Shown: positions 28,085 through 38,900 of the stretch, in pieces
Layout of the letters: each line of letters begins with the position of its first letter
Numbering within the stretch: the stretch's first letter is position 1
DNA from: an uncultured virus (IMG/VR IMGVR_UViG_3300005356_000004)
Lineage: Duplodnaviria; Heunggongvirae; Uroviricota; Caudoviricetes
DNA length: 64,000 nucleotides
Direction: 5' to 3' (one strand)
Virus record (IMG/VR): IMGVR_UViG_3300005356_000004
Made by a program: the position numbers and the translations under genes
The notes under the pieces: model-generated
The model's database searches: none
What the model saw: only the letters and a program-made list of their open reading frames with translations
What the model was told of the DNA's origin: nothing

Positions 28085-28690
28085 TCAGCCAGCAACAGCC
28101 GCTGCGCCGTAGAGGACGTCGAAGCCCTCATGGTGCAGCGTCATCTGGCTCACCAGCGGCTGGTTGCCTCCGGCGTCGAGGTCGTTGAACGACACCGAGC
28201 CGACCCAGCAGTTGAAGAACTTGAACGCCAGGCGAGCAGTGTCGTCCCACGTGGCTGAGACCAACTGTCCCCCGGCCGGTGCATTGGTCGGGTTGTTGTC
28301 GGCATCACCACGGATGGTGGACAGTTGGGTCACCGGGTGGCTGAGCACCCGGATCGTGGTCTCGAACCGGAAGTCGGCGTCGACACCGAGGGTGCCCTGC
28401 CCGATCTGGACGGAGAACATCTTCTTGGCCATGTTCCACATCTGTGGCCGGTCAGCGAAGATGCCCTGCACCAGGGTGAGCGGGGCGAAGTCGGTCTGGC
28501 CCGGCAACTTGTGGAAGGCGGTGTTGTATCCACCCTCACGGTACGGGACCATGTCGGTGTTCATGTTGATGCCCGTGACGTTGGTGAACCCCATCACGAT
28601 GGTGTTGATACCTCCAGGCAGAACGGCCCCGTCCATCTGGACGATGAACTTGAAGTTCCGCAGGGGATCGGATGCGACAAGACGCGGCAC
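28085..28690 (-). CDS. tail tube protein (T4 gp19-like)
   Basis: DPLRNFKF, YREGG...KLPGQTDF.PLTL..G, LHHEGF. Confidence 0.93.
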   Translation of the reverse strand: MPRLVASDPLRNFKFIVQMDGAVLPGGINTIVMGFTNVTGINMNTDMVPYREGGYNTAFHKLPGQTDFAPLTLVQGIFADRPQMWNMAKKMFSVQIGQGTLGVDADFRFETTIRVLSHPVTQLSTIRGDADNNPTNAPAGGQLVSATWDDTARLAFKFFNCWVGSVSFNDLDAGGNQPLVSQMTLHHEGFDVLYGAAAVAG

Positions 28691-28699
28691 GTTCCCTCC

Positions 28700-30562
28700 T
28701 CAGGACACGATCTCGGACACCGATGAGGTGCCCGCCTCGAACTGGCTGATCCGGATGATGACGAACTCGGCCGGGTACTGAAGAGCAACCCCGATCTCCA
28801 TTCGCACCTCGCCGGACTGGATGACGGTGGGTGTGTTGATGGTGGCATCACACCGCACGTAGTACGCCTCTGAGGCGTTCGCCCCTCGCAGGCCACCCTG
28901 GTCCCAGATCGGGTTGAGGACTCGCACCGCGACGTTCCGCAGTGCCGACCACAGCCGCTGGTCGTTGTTCTCGAACACAGCGAACTGGGTCGAGAGCCGC
29001 AAACGCTCCTTCAAGTAGATGATCATGCGGCGGTTCGACACGAAGCGGTCGGGGCCGTACAACTTCCGGGTGCGGGCACCCATCACGCAGATGCCGGAAC
29101 CAGGCGTGGACCGGATCACGTTGACGTTGTTGTAGTTGAGCCGCCCCTGGTCCGACTCGGCGTACTTCAACTCGGTCTGGATGGCGTTGGAGAGCACCGC
29201 CTGGATGCCCGCCGGAGCCTTCCAGATGCCCACGGTCGCTTCCAGGCGAGCCATCATGCCGAGCACGGCGCCCGAGGGCGGGATCGCCACCGTGCCGCCC
29301 GGCAGCGCCGGGTCGGGGACGATGATCCACGGGGAGTAGATGGCCGAGTAGGAGTCACCCGTGCCGATCTGGGCAGCGCGATTGAGCGTGTCGGTGGCGT
29401 GATCTGTTACCACCAACGACAACGGGTTGGAGTCCCAGACGATGAAGGCGTCACCCCGCACCGAGAAGGCACTGCCCAGCGACTGCGGCGGTGGCATGAT
29501 CACCGTGCCGTCCGACCCCATGTAGGGGACCATGGAGATCATGGTCGGGTTCTCGATGGTCTTCACGGCGTCCTGCACGATCAGCGACGAGAAGTCCGCC
29601 GCGTTGGGCAGACCGAGATCCGTGCCACCCGTGAGCGCCGTCGAGGCATCGGAGGGATCCGTCGCCGTGTCGAACGACGTCACCACGATGTAGCGGGAAC
29701 CAGCCACCGGGTCGTTGAGAACGGCCGTCGCCGGGCGGGTGCCCTCGTTGCCGGTCATCGACAGGTTGCTGAAGACCTCCAGCGTCTCGGCCGGAGTGGA
29801 TCCCGACGCCTGCTTCAGCACGCTGAGGGTGAAGACCTTGCGCCCGCTGCTCAGCGTTGCCTGCTGCTGGACCCGCACTGCCAGGGTGTTCCCCCAAGCG
29901 CCGCGGCCATCGGCCTCGATGCCGAGCGAGAGTGCATCGGCGGCGCCCTTCACCTCGACGGTGGCGGCTTCGCCCTGCTGCGTGGACGACGCCGGGGCGA
30001 TGCGCACCACGTAGGCCGAACGCCCTCCGTTCTGGTAGTACGAGTACACCGCATAGGCCAGGTACGACAGCGTGGTTCCGGCAACAGCCGGGACAGCCGG
30101 AATGGTGTAGGTCAGCGCCACACCCGTGGCTTCGAGACCGACGTCATCAGTGACAGCAGCGCTCAACGTCGCCGTCGAGCCGTCCACCGCTACCGCCGTG
30201 ATGGTGGCACCACCAGGGATGCCGGGATCACCGGTCACCTGGGTGCCGACGTACTCCGACGTGAACACAGCGCTTCCGGCATCATCCGAGACCCGCAGCG
30301 TGGGCTCGGTGTCGAGCGCGTACGCCTTGGGCGGGCTGGCAATCGGCGTTGCCGAGGTGCTCACGGTGTTGTATGGCACGCCGCTGAAGGCACCGAACTT
30401 GTCCACGAAGTCGGTCCACGAGTCGATGCGCACTGCCTGACCGACCGGACCCTTCGCGGCCAGGCCGATGAACACCGCCACCGAGGTGACGTTGGGGACT
30501 TCATTGGGAGCGGTCCCCAACCGCTCCTCCAGGTACACGCCTGGCCGTCGATAATCGGACAC
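28700..30562 (-). CDS. contractile tail sheath protein
   Basis: YRRPGVYLEE, PPSG...GIWKAPAG, GART, FENND..LW, PAEFVIIRI. Confidence 0.96.
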   Translation of the reverse strand: MSDYRRPGVYLEERLGTAPNEVPNVTSVAVFIGLAAKGPVGQAVRIDSWTDFVDKFGAFSGVPYNTVSTSATPIASPPKAYALDTEPTLRVSDDAGSAVFTSEYVGTQVTGDPGIPGGATITAVAVDGSTATLSAAVTDDVGLEATGVALTYTIPAVPAVAGTTLSYLAYAVYSYYQNGGRSAYVVRIAPASSTQQGEAATVEVKGAADALSLGIEADGRGAWGNTLAVRVQQQATLSSGRKVFTLSVLKQASGSTPAETLEVFSNLSMTGNEGTRPATAVLNDPVAGSRYIVVTSFDTATDPSDASTALTGGTDLGLPNAADFSSLIVQDAVKTIENPTMISMVPYMGSDGTVIMPPPQSLGSAFSVRGDAFIVWDSNPLSLVVTDHATDTLNRAAQIGTGDSYSAIYSPWIIVPDPALPGGTVAIPPSGAVLGMMARLEATVGIWKAPAGIQAVLSNAIQTELKYAESDQGRLNYNNVNVIRSTPGSGICVMGARTRKLYGPDRFVSNRRMIIYLKERLRLSTQFAVFENNDQRLWSALRNVAVRVLNPIWDQGGLRGANASEAYYVRCDATINTPTVIQSGEVRMEIGVALQYPAEFVIIRISQFEAGTSSVSEIVS

Positions 30563-30611
30563 GTAGACTCCTCAGATCTTTGGTGTTGACATTGACAGCA
30601 GACGATGCTTG

Positions 30612-31421
30612 CTACGTGCCTGGTGGCGGATCACGGTGGGCGAACTCCTCCCAGTACGGCTCGTCCGTGCTGTTCGGGTCCGATTCGGTCCAGTACTCGC
30701 GCTCGGCGGTCTCGTCCCACAGGTCGCCCTTGACGCCCTGCCAACCCTTGACGAGCACCCGATCGACGGGCTGGATGCGCTCGGTGATCTCCTCCACGAA
30801 GTCCTGTGGGATCTCGGTCTGCACCGAGAAGGTGATCGCCTTGCGGAAGATGCGCTTGTTGCCGTCCTGGGTGGGGATGTCCGCAGTGGTCCACCCCATC
30901 CACTCGGTGCGCCTGTAGGTGTCATCAGCAGCGACGTAGAGCCAGAACGGCCCGGGCCGCACGGCGCGCTGCACCAACTTGGACGTCAGGATGCGGTCGT
31001 GGATCGCCGTCTTCGCCCAGTACGACGCCTGGTAGAAGAGTCGGTAGGCGAGGTAGTTCCGCCGCACGATGCCATCAACAACCGTGTCCGAGACCGAGGG
31101 GTCGTAGAGCGGGACCGGTGTGTTGTCAATGTCAGTGGGTCGATACCATCGGTTCTGACCGATCGTTGCGTCCACCAGGTAGTCGCCCTGATGTGGATAC
31201 TCCGAGTGCCACAGTTCCGTGGCCGGGACGATGTCGAGCAGGTCGAGCGTGATGAAGGGGTAGACGATCTGGCGCTCAGGATCCGGGAAGCGGAACCACA
31301 CCTGCACCGGCTGCGCCTCGCCCTTGTCGTTGGGCACCGTCCAGCCCTTGAAGAGTTGCTTCACGGCATCGTCCTCAGCGAGCAGCCAGCCGACGTTGGC
31401 CGGGTAGACGGGCGCCGCCAT
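30612..31421 (-). CDS. tail terminator/completion protein
   Basis: VWFRFPDPERQIVYPFITLDL; immediately upstream of the sheath gene. Confidence 0.65.
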   Translation of the reverse strand: MAAPVYPANVGWLLAEDDAVKQLFKGWTVPNDKGEAQPVQVWFRFPDPERQIVYPFITLDLLDIVPATELWHSEYPHQGDYLVDATIGQNRWYRPTDIDNTPVPLYDPSVSDTVVDGIVRRNYLAYRLFYQASYWAKTAIHDRILTSKLVQRAVRPGPFWLYVAADDTYRRTEWMGWTTADIPTQDGNKRIFRKAITFSVQTEIPQDFVEEITERIQPVDRVLVKGWQGVKGDLWDETAEREYWTESDPNSTDEPYWEEFAHRDPPPGT

Positions 31422-31753
31422 CAGAAGCCCTCCTCCGTCAGGTGGTCCTCGATCGTGTAGCGCATCTCGGACGCCCACATGGCCCCACGGCGCACCAGAG
31501 GCTCCGGAGGCTCCCTCTCGTCGCCGTACTCGGCCAGGACGGCCTGAGGGGCCTCAGGGGCCGTGTCCGGCACTCCCCAAGCCCACCGCCCGTCCTCATC
31601 CTCCCAATCGGTCACCGAGCCCGCGACGGGAGCCCAGCGCCTGCTGGAGGACATGGTCTCTCGGAGCCCGTCCAGGCGCTCCTGCTGCGATTGCCAAACC
31701 GACGACTCCACTGCTGACTCAACTCGATCACACATCAGACCGAGCAGGTCCAC
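31421..31753 (-). CDS. putative neck/tail completion protein
   Basis: LAEYG....PP.P.VR motif seen in neck proteins; GGAGGTG SD. Confidence 0.55.
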   Translation of the reverse strand: MDLLGLMCDRVESAVESSVWQSQQERLDGLRETMSSSRRWAPVAGSVTDWEDEDGRWAWGVPDTAPEAPQAVLAEYGDEREPPEPLVRRGAMWASEMRYTIEDHLTEEGF

Positions 31754-31871
31754 GATGGCATCACCTCCTGAGATGGAGGTGGAAGAAGACCCGGGCACCG
31801 GGCACCCTCCTTCGACGGTTCTAGGCAGATGAGGTCGGCACCGAGCACCGATGACGACGCGGCGCAGCGTA

Positions 31872-33146
31872 CTACTTGCTGGCCATCAACCAGCGGACCT
31901 CCATGATGTTGGCCCGGAACCCTGTGAGCCCACCACCGCCAGTCCATCCCTGGAGGTTGGTGAACGTCAACCGGACACCGTAGGAACCACCCGGGCACGG
32001 CTGGATCAGCGCGCCAGGCACGGTGTGGTCACCGCCGAACCACCAGTACTGCCACACCCCCGAGGGGAAGTTGTCCCACTGGTCCATGATGTGGACACCG
32101 GCCGGGCCGTAGCCCGGTGGGATGTCACCTTTGCCGAAGTCGTTCCAACCCCCGGCAGGCATGAATCCGAACGAGGCCCACATGGTGAGTGGCGCATTCG
32201 GGTAGATGAACAGCGCCACACCGGCCAGGTTGCCCGGCGGCACGTAGCCGTTCCAGTAGGTGGTCCCACCTGTGCTGCCCTTGTTGCCGGAAACCCAACC
32301 CGTGTTGAAGTCGCCGTCGATGGTCGCATAGCCCGCCGAGCCGGGAGCATGCTCGCTTTCGGCACCAGCCGGGACAGGTACGGCCTCGGCAAACGTCCAC
32401 GGCTTCTCGCCATTGGTGGTGCTCCGGTACACGATGCCCGACACGGTTCCCACGCTGGACACCGAGCGCACACCCAGGTTGTATGAAGCAAACTCGGTGT
32501 TGTTGACATAATCCCAGATACCTGCACCACCCGAGTTACCCACATAGGTTCCATCAACAAACACCTGGTAGTCCGTGACGTCACCACCGGGGTACGACCA
32601 GTTGAGGCGCCCAACGTTCCAGGCGACACGTGATGTGAATACACTGGCCGGAACAGGGGGGATACCCGGCCGAGTTGCCCCCGGGCTCACCGCTGGATCC
32701 ACTCCTGACGCTGGCCTGCCGGTGTACCACGTCAACTCGGTCGGTGTCTGCACCTCACCGGAGTTGTCGGGGAACCAGCAGAACAGCCGGAACCGGTACA
32801 CCGTGTCCGCCGCCAGCCCACCGATGGTAGCCGAGGTGCTGGTTGTGTCAACAGATCCGTAGAAGGTGGTGCCCGCCTCGTTGTAGTAGCCGAGGGTGTA
32901 GTGGCTCGGCTTGATGCCATTGGTGGCATTCGGGTGCTGCCATGACACCGTGGCTGACGACGGAGTGCCCGAGATCGACAGGCTCTGGGCGTAGAACATG
33001 GACGCCGTGGTCTCGGTGAAGTCGAGCACCCACACCCCACCACGCCGGACCCAGACCTTGTAGGCCGACTTCCACACGCCCTGGTGCCGCACCCAGCGAC
33101 GGACGGGCGCCTTCCACGTACCGGCGTGACGGACCTGTGTCGGCAT
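31872..33146 (-). CDS. FN3-domain fibre protein
   Basis: N-terminal VRHxGxWK repeats, two FN3-like segments, C-terminal discoidin-like IDGDFNTGW. Confidence 0.75.
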   Translation of the reverse strand: MPTQVRHAGTWKAPVRRWVRHQGVWKSAYKVWVRRGGVWVLDFTETTASMFYAQSLSISGTPSSATVSWQHPNATNGIKPSHYTLGYYNEAGTTFYGSVDTTSTSATIGGLAADTVYRFRLFCWFPDNSGEVQTPTELTWYTGRPASGVDPAVSPGATRPGIPPVPASVFTSRVAWNVGRLNWSYPGGDVTDYQVFVDGTYVGNSGGAGIWDYVNNTEFASYNLGVRSVSSVGTVSGIVYRSTTNGEKPWTFAEAVPVPAGAESEHAPGSAGYATIDGDFNTGWVSGNKGSTGGTTYWNGYVPPGNLAGVALFIYPNAPLTMWASFGFMPAGGWNDFGKGDIPPGYGPAGVHIMDQWDNFPSGVWQYWWFGGDHTVPGALIQPCPGGSYGVRLTFTNLQGWTGGGGLTGFRANIMEVRWLMASK

Positions 33147-34075
33147 CAACTCACCTGGATCCAGATGGTCCCATCCGGGTAGTTGCCGGAAGCAGCCGAG
33201 GTCGAGGTGACGATCCCGGCCACCTGGGGCGAGGTCATGCCTGCCGCGGTGATCTTGGACGTCGAGGCCTGCATCTCGACTCCGGCCGCAGCGGTGACCT
33301 TGGAGTCGGCCGAGACCGGCCCCTGGAGCACCACCGAAGCGCCCTTCACGGTCACCGCATCGGAGTCCGCGATGCGCACGAAGGCATCGGTCGCCCCGGC
33401 GGCGGTGTTCACCAGGTCGACCGAGGAGCCACCAGCCACCAACTGGGCCTTCGAGCCCACCAGGAGGGTGCCAGCCGTCACACCACCAGAAATCGCCGCA
33501 GAGCCCCCTGTGATGGCCCCAGACGCCGCCACCGTCGTTGCGGCAACGTTGCCCGTCAGAGCGCCCTGGAAGCCGCCAGAGGCGCTCACAGCGCCTGTAA
33601 CGGCTACTGGGGAGTCCACCTTCAGGCTGGTGGCGTCCGTGGACAGCAGGGCGGTCTTGGCGCCCGTCTTGATCGAGACCCCGGCCGGGGCGACCGAGAG
33701 CACGCCAGGACCGGCTGAGAACACGCCTCCGGCAGCCACGGATCCATCGGCGTTGAAGGTCAGACCGGTCCCGGCGTCCTTGTGGCGCTCCAGGGTGGCG
33801 GTGGCTGTGGTGTCGCTGATGGCCAGCGAGCGGATGACCGCCGTCTCCCATGCCGTGCCGTTCCAGAACTCCAGGCGCTTCAACGAGCGGTTGTAGACCG
33901 TGAGCCCGTCGAAGCGGATGCCCGACGTCAGCACGCTGTCCCGCTCGGTGGCGTCAGCGACGATGTTGATGACCCGGTTGCGCAGCCACTCGGCGTCTTC
34001 CTCGCGCCACTTGTCCACGAGGTTGGTCCAGTCAGGCCAGACGACGCTGGTCGGGGTAGAGGGGATCGTGCTCAT
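33146..34075 (-). CDS. virion fibre protein
   Basis: ATERD...GLTVYN...LEFWNGTAW fibre motif; ends in DGTIWIQVS. Confidence 0.75.
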   Translation of the reverse strand: MSTIPSTPTSVVWPDWTNLVDKWREEDAEWLRNRVINIVADATERDSVLTSGIRFDGLTVYNRSLKRLEFWNGTAWETAVIRSLAISDTTATATLERHKDAGTGLTFNADGSVAAGGVFSAGPGVLSVAPAGVSIKTGAKTALLSTDATSLKVDSPVAVTGAVSASGGFQGALTGNVAATTVAASGAITGGSAAISGGVTAGTLLVGSKAQLVAGGSSVDLVNTAAGATDAFVRIADSDAVTVKGASVVLQGPVSADSKVTAAAGVEMQASTSKITAAGMTSPQVAGIVTSTSAASGNYPDGTIWIQVS

Positions 34076-34614
34076 GGCACCTCCGGCGGCGCGTAGAAGT
34101 CAGGCAGCGTGCTCGCTGGCGTGTAATCAAACACGGTGTCGTCTTCGGGGTAGGTCTCCGTGCCGGTGACACCGATGATGACGTCCTCCCGGATCCGGCC
34201 CCGGATCTGGAAGTTGACGACCTCGTAGTAGCGGCCGTCGTAGTAGACGACATCGTTCAACCGGTCCTCGAACCACGTCTCGTTGATCAGTCCGGCGTCC
34301 CACACCCGATGCCCGTGAGCCTCCCGGTCGCTGATGCCGGACTCATAGAGCATCCGGGCGGCAACGGCGAAGCGCAGCGACTGGCTGGGACGCTTGCCCT
34401 CGGGCGTGTACTGCTCGGTCCCCTCCACCTGATCGATCCACAGCACGGCAACATTGAGGCCCGGCTTGTACTTCCGCCCGCCCTCATCGTAGACGTCGTC
34501 ATACTGGGAGTTGGCCGTGTCGAAGCAGAACCACACGACGTTCTCGCCCACTTGATGCTGGAAGCGGCCGAACTCCTTCCAGATGTGGTTCGCCTCGCGC
34601 CGGGAGTCGATCAC
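34072..34614 (-). CDS. head-to-tail connector/stopper
   Basis: YDDVYDEG...LNDVVYYDGRYYEV; neck gene position. Confidence 0.65.
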   Translation of the reverse strand: MIDSRREANHIWKEFGRFQHQVGENVVWFCFDTANSQYDDVYDEGGRKYKPGLNVAVLWIDQVEGTEQYTPEGKRPSQSLRFAVAARMLYESGISDREAHGHRVWDAGLINETWFEDRLNDVVYYDGRYYEVVNFQIRGRIREDVIIGVTGTETYPEDDTVFDYTPASTLPDFYAPPEVP

Positions 34615-35201
34615 CGCAGCCTCGGATGCCGGAGCACCTGGGCTCCGGAGTAGATCGGGTCATCAAGGCTCGGCACGTCGTCTGCACCCCAGTCGATCTG
34701 GGCGCCGCGCAGCGAGGACATGCCCTGGGGAACCGGCGAGCCGGGATGCCACGGCCGAGCACCCGGCGTGGAAGCGATCATGTTGGTGAACTGCTGATGC
34801 GCCTTGTGGATCGCTGGTGATGACATCAAAGGGCTGATCGAGGGCTTGAACGGCTCTCCGGTCTCGGGGTTGCCTCCCGGAGTCACCCGATTGGCGAACG
34901 ACGCACCCATCGGCGTGAGATGTTCGGTGTCGTGCTCGATGCCGCCTTGCGTACCGCCTGCTGCATGCCACATCGCTGGCGCCAGTCCCTGACCGCGGAA
35001 GCGGGGGTGCACGTAGACCGTGCTCACCACGGCAGGACCACCCGTCGATCGAGGAGGGTCGAGTGACAGGAAGCCCGCCGGGGTGCGCTTGCCCTCGCCG
35101 TGATGGTGCACGGCAACCTCGTTCGCCGGAGCGTCCTCCTGCGGAACGATCGTGAAGCGAAAGTTCTTGAACTGCTTGCCTTCGTGCATTCCTGCGGGCA
35201 T
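34611..35201 (-). CDS. GNAT-family acetyltransferase-like protein
   Basis: VYVHPRFRGQGLAPAM matches GNAT motif A; TGATG coupling to the upstream gene. Confidence 0.75.
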   Translation of the reverse strand: MPAGMHEGKQFKNFRFTIVPQEDAPANEVAVHHHGEGKRTPAGFLSLDPPRSTGGPAVVSTVYVHPRFRGQGLAPAMWHAAGGTQGGIEHDTEHLTPMGASFANRVTPGGNPETGEPFKPSISPLMSSPAIHKAHQQFTNMIASTPGARPWHPGSPVPQGMSSLRGAQIDWGADDVPSLDDPIYSGAQVLRHPRLR

Positions 35202-35968
35202 CACCAGCCTCCCCACGTCGATGAGTACACATCCAACTCGTTGCCAGCCGTCGAGTGGTCGCCTGACTGCTTGTGCGGGTCGATCTTCGGGTAGATCCGC
35301 TCCGGCCAACGAGGGTCACCGAACTCCCGTGGCCTGTAGACGGGAACAAGGCGGTTCGTCGTCAGCGACGTCCGGCGCAGGCAGAACTGCTCGATCCGCT
35401 CCAGCCCGACATTGAGCAGCGAGGCGATGCGCCGGTACTCGGCCTGCCAGTACTGGAGCATCTCCCAGACCTGCCGGAAACGCTGCGAGGCTGGGATGTT
35501 CATGCCCTCCGGTGTTGACACATCGATGTCGGTGGACAACTCCGAGGCCAGCGACCACAGCGCCTGGACCACGGTGCCGATGCTGATGGCATCAGCCTCT
35601 GTGGCCGTGAAGTCACCGATGCTGGCGTCCTCCCGGCCCTCCATGTGGTAGTTGATGGTGACACCAGCGAAGAACATCAGGTCCTCGTTGAGGAACCAGG
35701 TGTAGTGGTAACCGGAAACACCGACCCCGCCGGTCCAGTCGGTCGGCGTATCGAACTTCAGGACCCCGTTGCGGGCGTCGAGCATGTAGCCAGCAGTGAC
35801 CGGCACGCCATCCGCCGGATGCCAGACCGACAGTGTGGACGCCTCGATCATCGGGTGCGACAACCGCAGCGTCGGAGCGCCACGGTCGTAGGGCGTCTCG
35901 AAGAACTGGCCGAAGTCTCGCAGCCGAGCCCGAGCCGTGGCGGCAATGGTCTCCTGGGACGCGCTCAT
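35201..35968 (-). CDS. head-to-tail adaptor
   Basis: DIDVSTPEGMNIPASQRFRQ...LRRTSLTTNRLVPVY..REF; neck position. Confidence 0.65.
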   Translation of the reverse strand: MSASQETIAATARARLRDFGQFFETPYDRGAPTLRLSHPMIEASTLSVWHPADGVPVTAGYMLDARNGVLKFDTPTDWTGGVGVSGYHYTWFLNEDLMFFAGVTINYHMEGREDASIGDFTATEADAISIGTVVQALWSLASELSTDIDVSTPEGMNIPASQRFRQVWEMLQYWQAEYRRIASLLNVGLERIEQFCLRRTSLTTNRLVPVYRPREFGDPRWPERIYPKIDPHKQSGDHSTAGNELDVYSSTWGGW

Positions 35969-35979
35969 GGCGGCGGATA

Positions 35980-38900
35980 CTACTCCTTGGGCCAGACCTG
36001 GACAGTTCCCAGGTACACCTTGGTGGCCTTCGCCGTGCCCAGATAGATGGCGTAAGCATCGTTCAGGATGATGCCGACGTTGGCGGGTGGGACACGCCCG
36101 TGCGCCACGAGACTTGATGTGGCAGCAAGAGCGGCGTCGCCCTCAGCATGAGGCGGGATGAAGATCGCACCCGTGGCGAGGATGTCACCGGACGCCGTGA
36201 GCAGGATCGAGGAGAGCGAGTGCTTCGTGCCTACCGAGGAAAGCGACGAGGAGGCCGAGATCGGCAGGCCCACACCTGCACCACCACGTGCTCCTACGCC
36301 AGGGGCGAACCCTGAGGTGGCATGCAACGTTGCCACACCTGTGCGCTGACCCCGTCCTGTTGCCGTCAACGAACCAGTGGCACTGAGGAAGGCGGCACCG
36401 CCGAAGGCCATCGGTCGGAACCCGACACCATGCAGCGTGGCGACCGAGGACAGCGTGAGCGAGCCCAAGCCCATCAGGTTCCCGGCCACGACGAAATGGC
36501 TGCTCGCTGACATGGACAGCGAGTGGGAGGCAACCCTGCGTGCTGTCGTTGACAGCGCCGCGGAGGATCCCAACGTCGCCGTACCCTGGGAGCCACGAGT
36601 TGATGTCGACGTCAACGCTGTCACGGCGGTCAGTGCCGCGGTGCTGCGAGACTCCCGCTTCTGCTGCGTGGCGAACCCGGACGTTGCTCCGAGCAGGATG
36701 GAGCCACTGGACCGACGCACACCAGTGGCCGAGAGCGAACTGGTGGCCCCGAAGTTGTCGATGACCCCGTCCGCAGCCGGTGGCCGGAACCCTTCAGCAG
36801 TCAGCGTTGATGTCGACGTCAGAGAGAGCGAGCGGGCAGCCGTGCGCCGAGCAGTCGCCGTCAACGTTGAAGTGGAACCAAACGACCCAGCCGAGCGGTC
36901 TGCCGTACGTCGTCCGGTGACGACCGTCGAGCCCGTGCTACCAACCGTGCCCGAGCCAAGTGCCGCCCGCTTGGAGGTGATCGTCAGCATGGCTGCTGCA
37001 CTCAACGAGGCCGTCGAGAGCGCCTGACGGCGAGACGTGATGCTCAGAGCCGTTGTCGACGTCAGCAGGAGTGAACCAAGGTGCTGCGCCTTGCCGGTGG
37101 CCGTGAGCGTCCCTGTTGCCGTGAGCAGGGCCGTACCCTGTCCGGCGCGGACCCCGAAACCCGTGACAGTGAGCGTTGCTGTCGACACCAGTGCCGCCGT
37201 GCTTCGGCTCTGCCGGACACCGGTCCCCACGACCGATGATGTCGAAGGCAGCACAATAGCACTCGTGCCACCCCGCTTTGATGTCAGTGTCAATGACGAC
37301 GTCGTAGAGCCAATCGTGCCCGCTGAGAACGCCGCTGTACGTCGGGCTGTGCTTGAAAGAGATGATGTTGATGTCAGTACTCCGAACGTCCCACCCCGCC
37401 AAGCGAGGATCTGCGGCGTCGAGCCGCCCTCCTGCATGCCGATCCACTGGCCAGTGTGGGCCGAGTCGGTGGCCGTGGCGACCTGCACGCCGTTGCGGTA
37501 CAGCGTCAGAAGCGACCCGACAGCGGTGAGGCGCAGGGTGACCGCACCAGTGATAGGCGTGATGGCGACGTCGGCCAGGAACCCGACGAACGAGCCGCTG
37601 GTGTACTTCATGATCCACGCCTTGGCCCCGCCCGATGACGAGTCGAGCATGCCGACGTAGCAGGAGCCGTAGCCATTGGTGATCGAGTTGTTGGTTGAGC
37701 CTCGCACCAGGCAGCCCGAGTCCGACGTCGAACCACTAGGCAGATCGACCTCGACGTACTGGTCATTCGGAGCCGCCGTCTGGTACCACGCCGCAGGTGA
37801 GGACCCCGTGCGCAGCGCGGCGTTGGAGGAGATCTTGTAGCCCTCACCAATCCAGTTGGCCCCGAGCCCGACCCCTGCTGAAACGGGTTCAGTGGTGTCA
37901 GCCCGATCGAACGTGTCACTGTAAGCAAGTGCGCCGCTGAACGTGCCGAACGACTTGCGGGTCTCCGCTGCGCTGAGCGTCGCCACGGCATTGAGTGTCA
38001 ACGATCGCAAAGCCTGACGCTGTCCTGTTGCCGTCAACGAACTGGTTGACGTCATCGTCCCCGAGCCAGAAGGGCCAGTCACCAAGACGATGTTCAGCGT
38101 CGGTGTGACGGTGTAGGTAACACCGGTCGTCGTGCCGTTGCGGGTGATTCGGAACTTGATGATGTCGTTGTGGGCGAGGGCAGCGGCCTTCAGGGTGACC
38201 GAGTACAGGAACTCCGTGAAGTTGTTGTTGCCCCACGCCGCTGTGACATCAACGACACCGTCCTCTGAAACCCGACCAACCTGCATCGACCCCGTGCCAC
38301 CGGTCAGGCGAGCAGCGGAGATCGCCGCATCGTTGGTCAACGATGCTGAGTCATAGACCGCCACATGCGGATCACCGCCAAGGACCTGGAAGACGACATC
38401 ATTGGAGGTCGAGAGCCAGTCGCTGAAGGAGACCAGGTAGGTGTACTGCTCGCCGGAGTGCGCGCCTGTCGGGGCGACCCCGTAGATGACGGACTCCCCG
38501 CCAGGGATGGTGGTGCACTCGATCGCTGCCCAGTACTTGGTGCCATTGGCCAGCGTGAAGGGCGCGAAAGCGAACTCGAACCAGGTCCCTGCCGAGGTTG
38601 GAAGGCTGGAGGTTGGGATCGTGGTCGTGGACGAGGCAACCACCGTCCCTGGCTTGCCCGCGTTGTCCGAGTAGATCTTGGAGGTCACCGTCGGCCCTGA
38701 CAAAGGGTTCGACCACAGCATGAACCTCGTCTTCGACATCGCATTGCCGTTGCCGATGAAGGACTGCGCTGTGCGGACGATGTCGGTGGTGAGGGCGTTG
38801 GCGGTTGTCTGGGCCGTGTACGCGTCAATCAGTACCTGAGGCGTCTTCCACACCCCGGCGTTGTTGAGGTCGTACTGCAACTCGTAGGTGAAGTAGATCT

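Noticed and set aside
18071..30562. Extracellular contractile injection system or tailocin
   Set aside because: Capsid, scaffold, portal, terminase and replication genes are linked, so this is a phage tail module.
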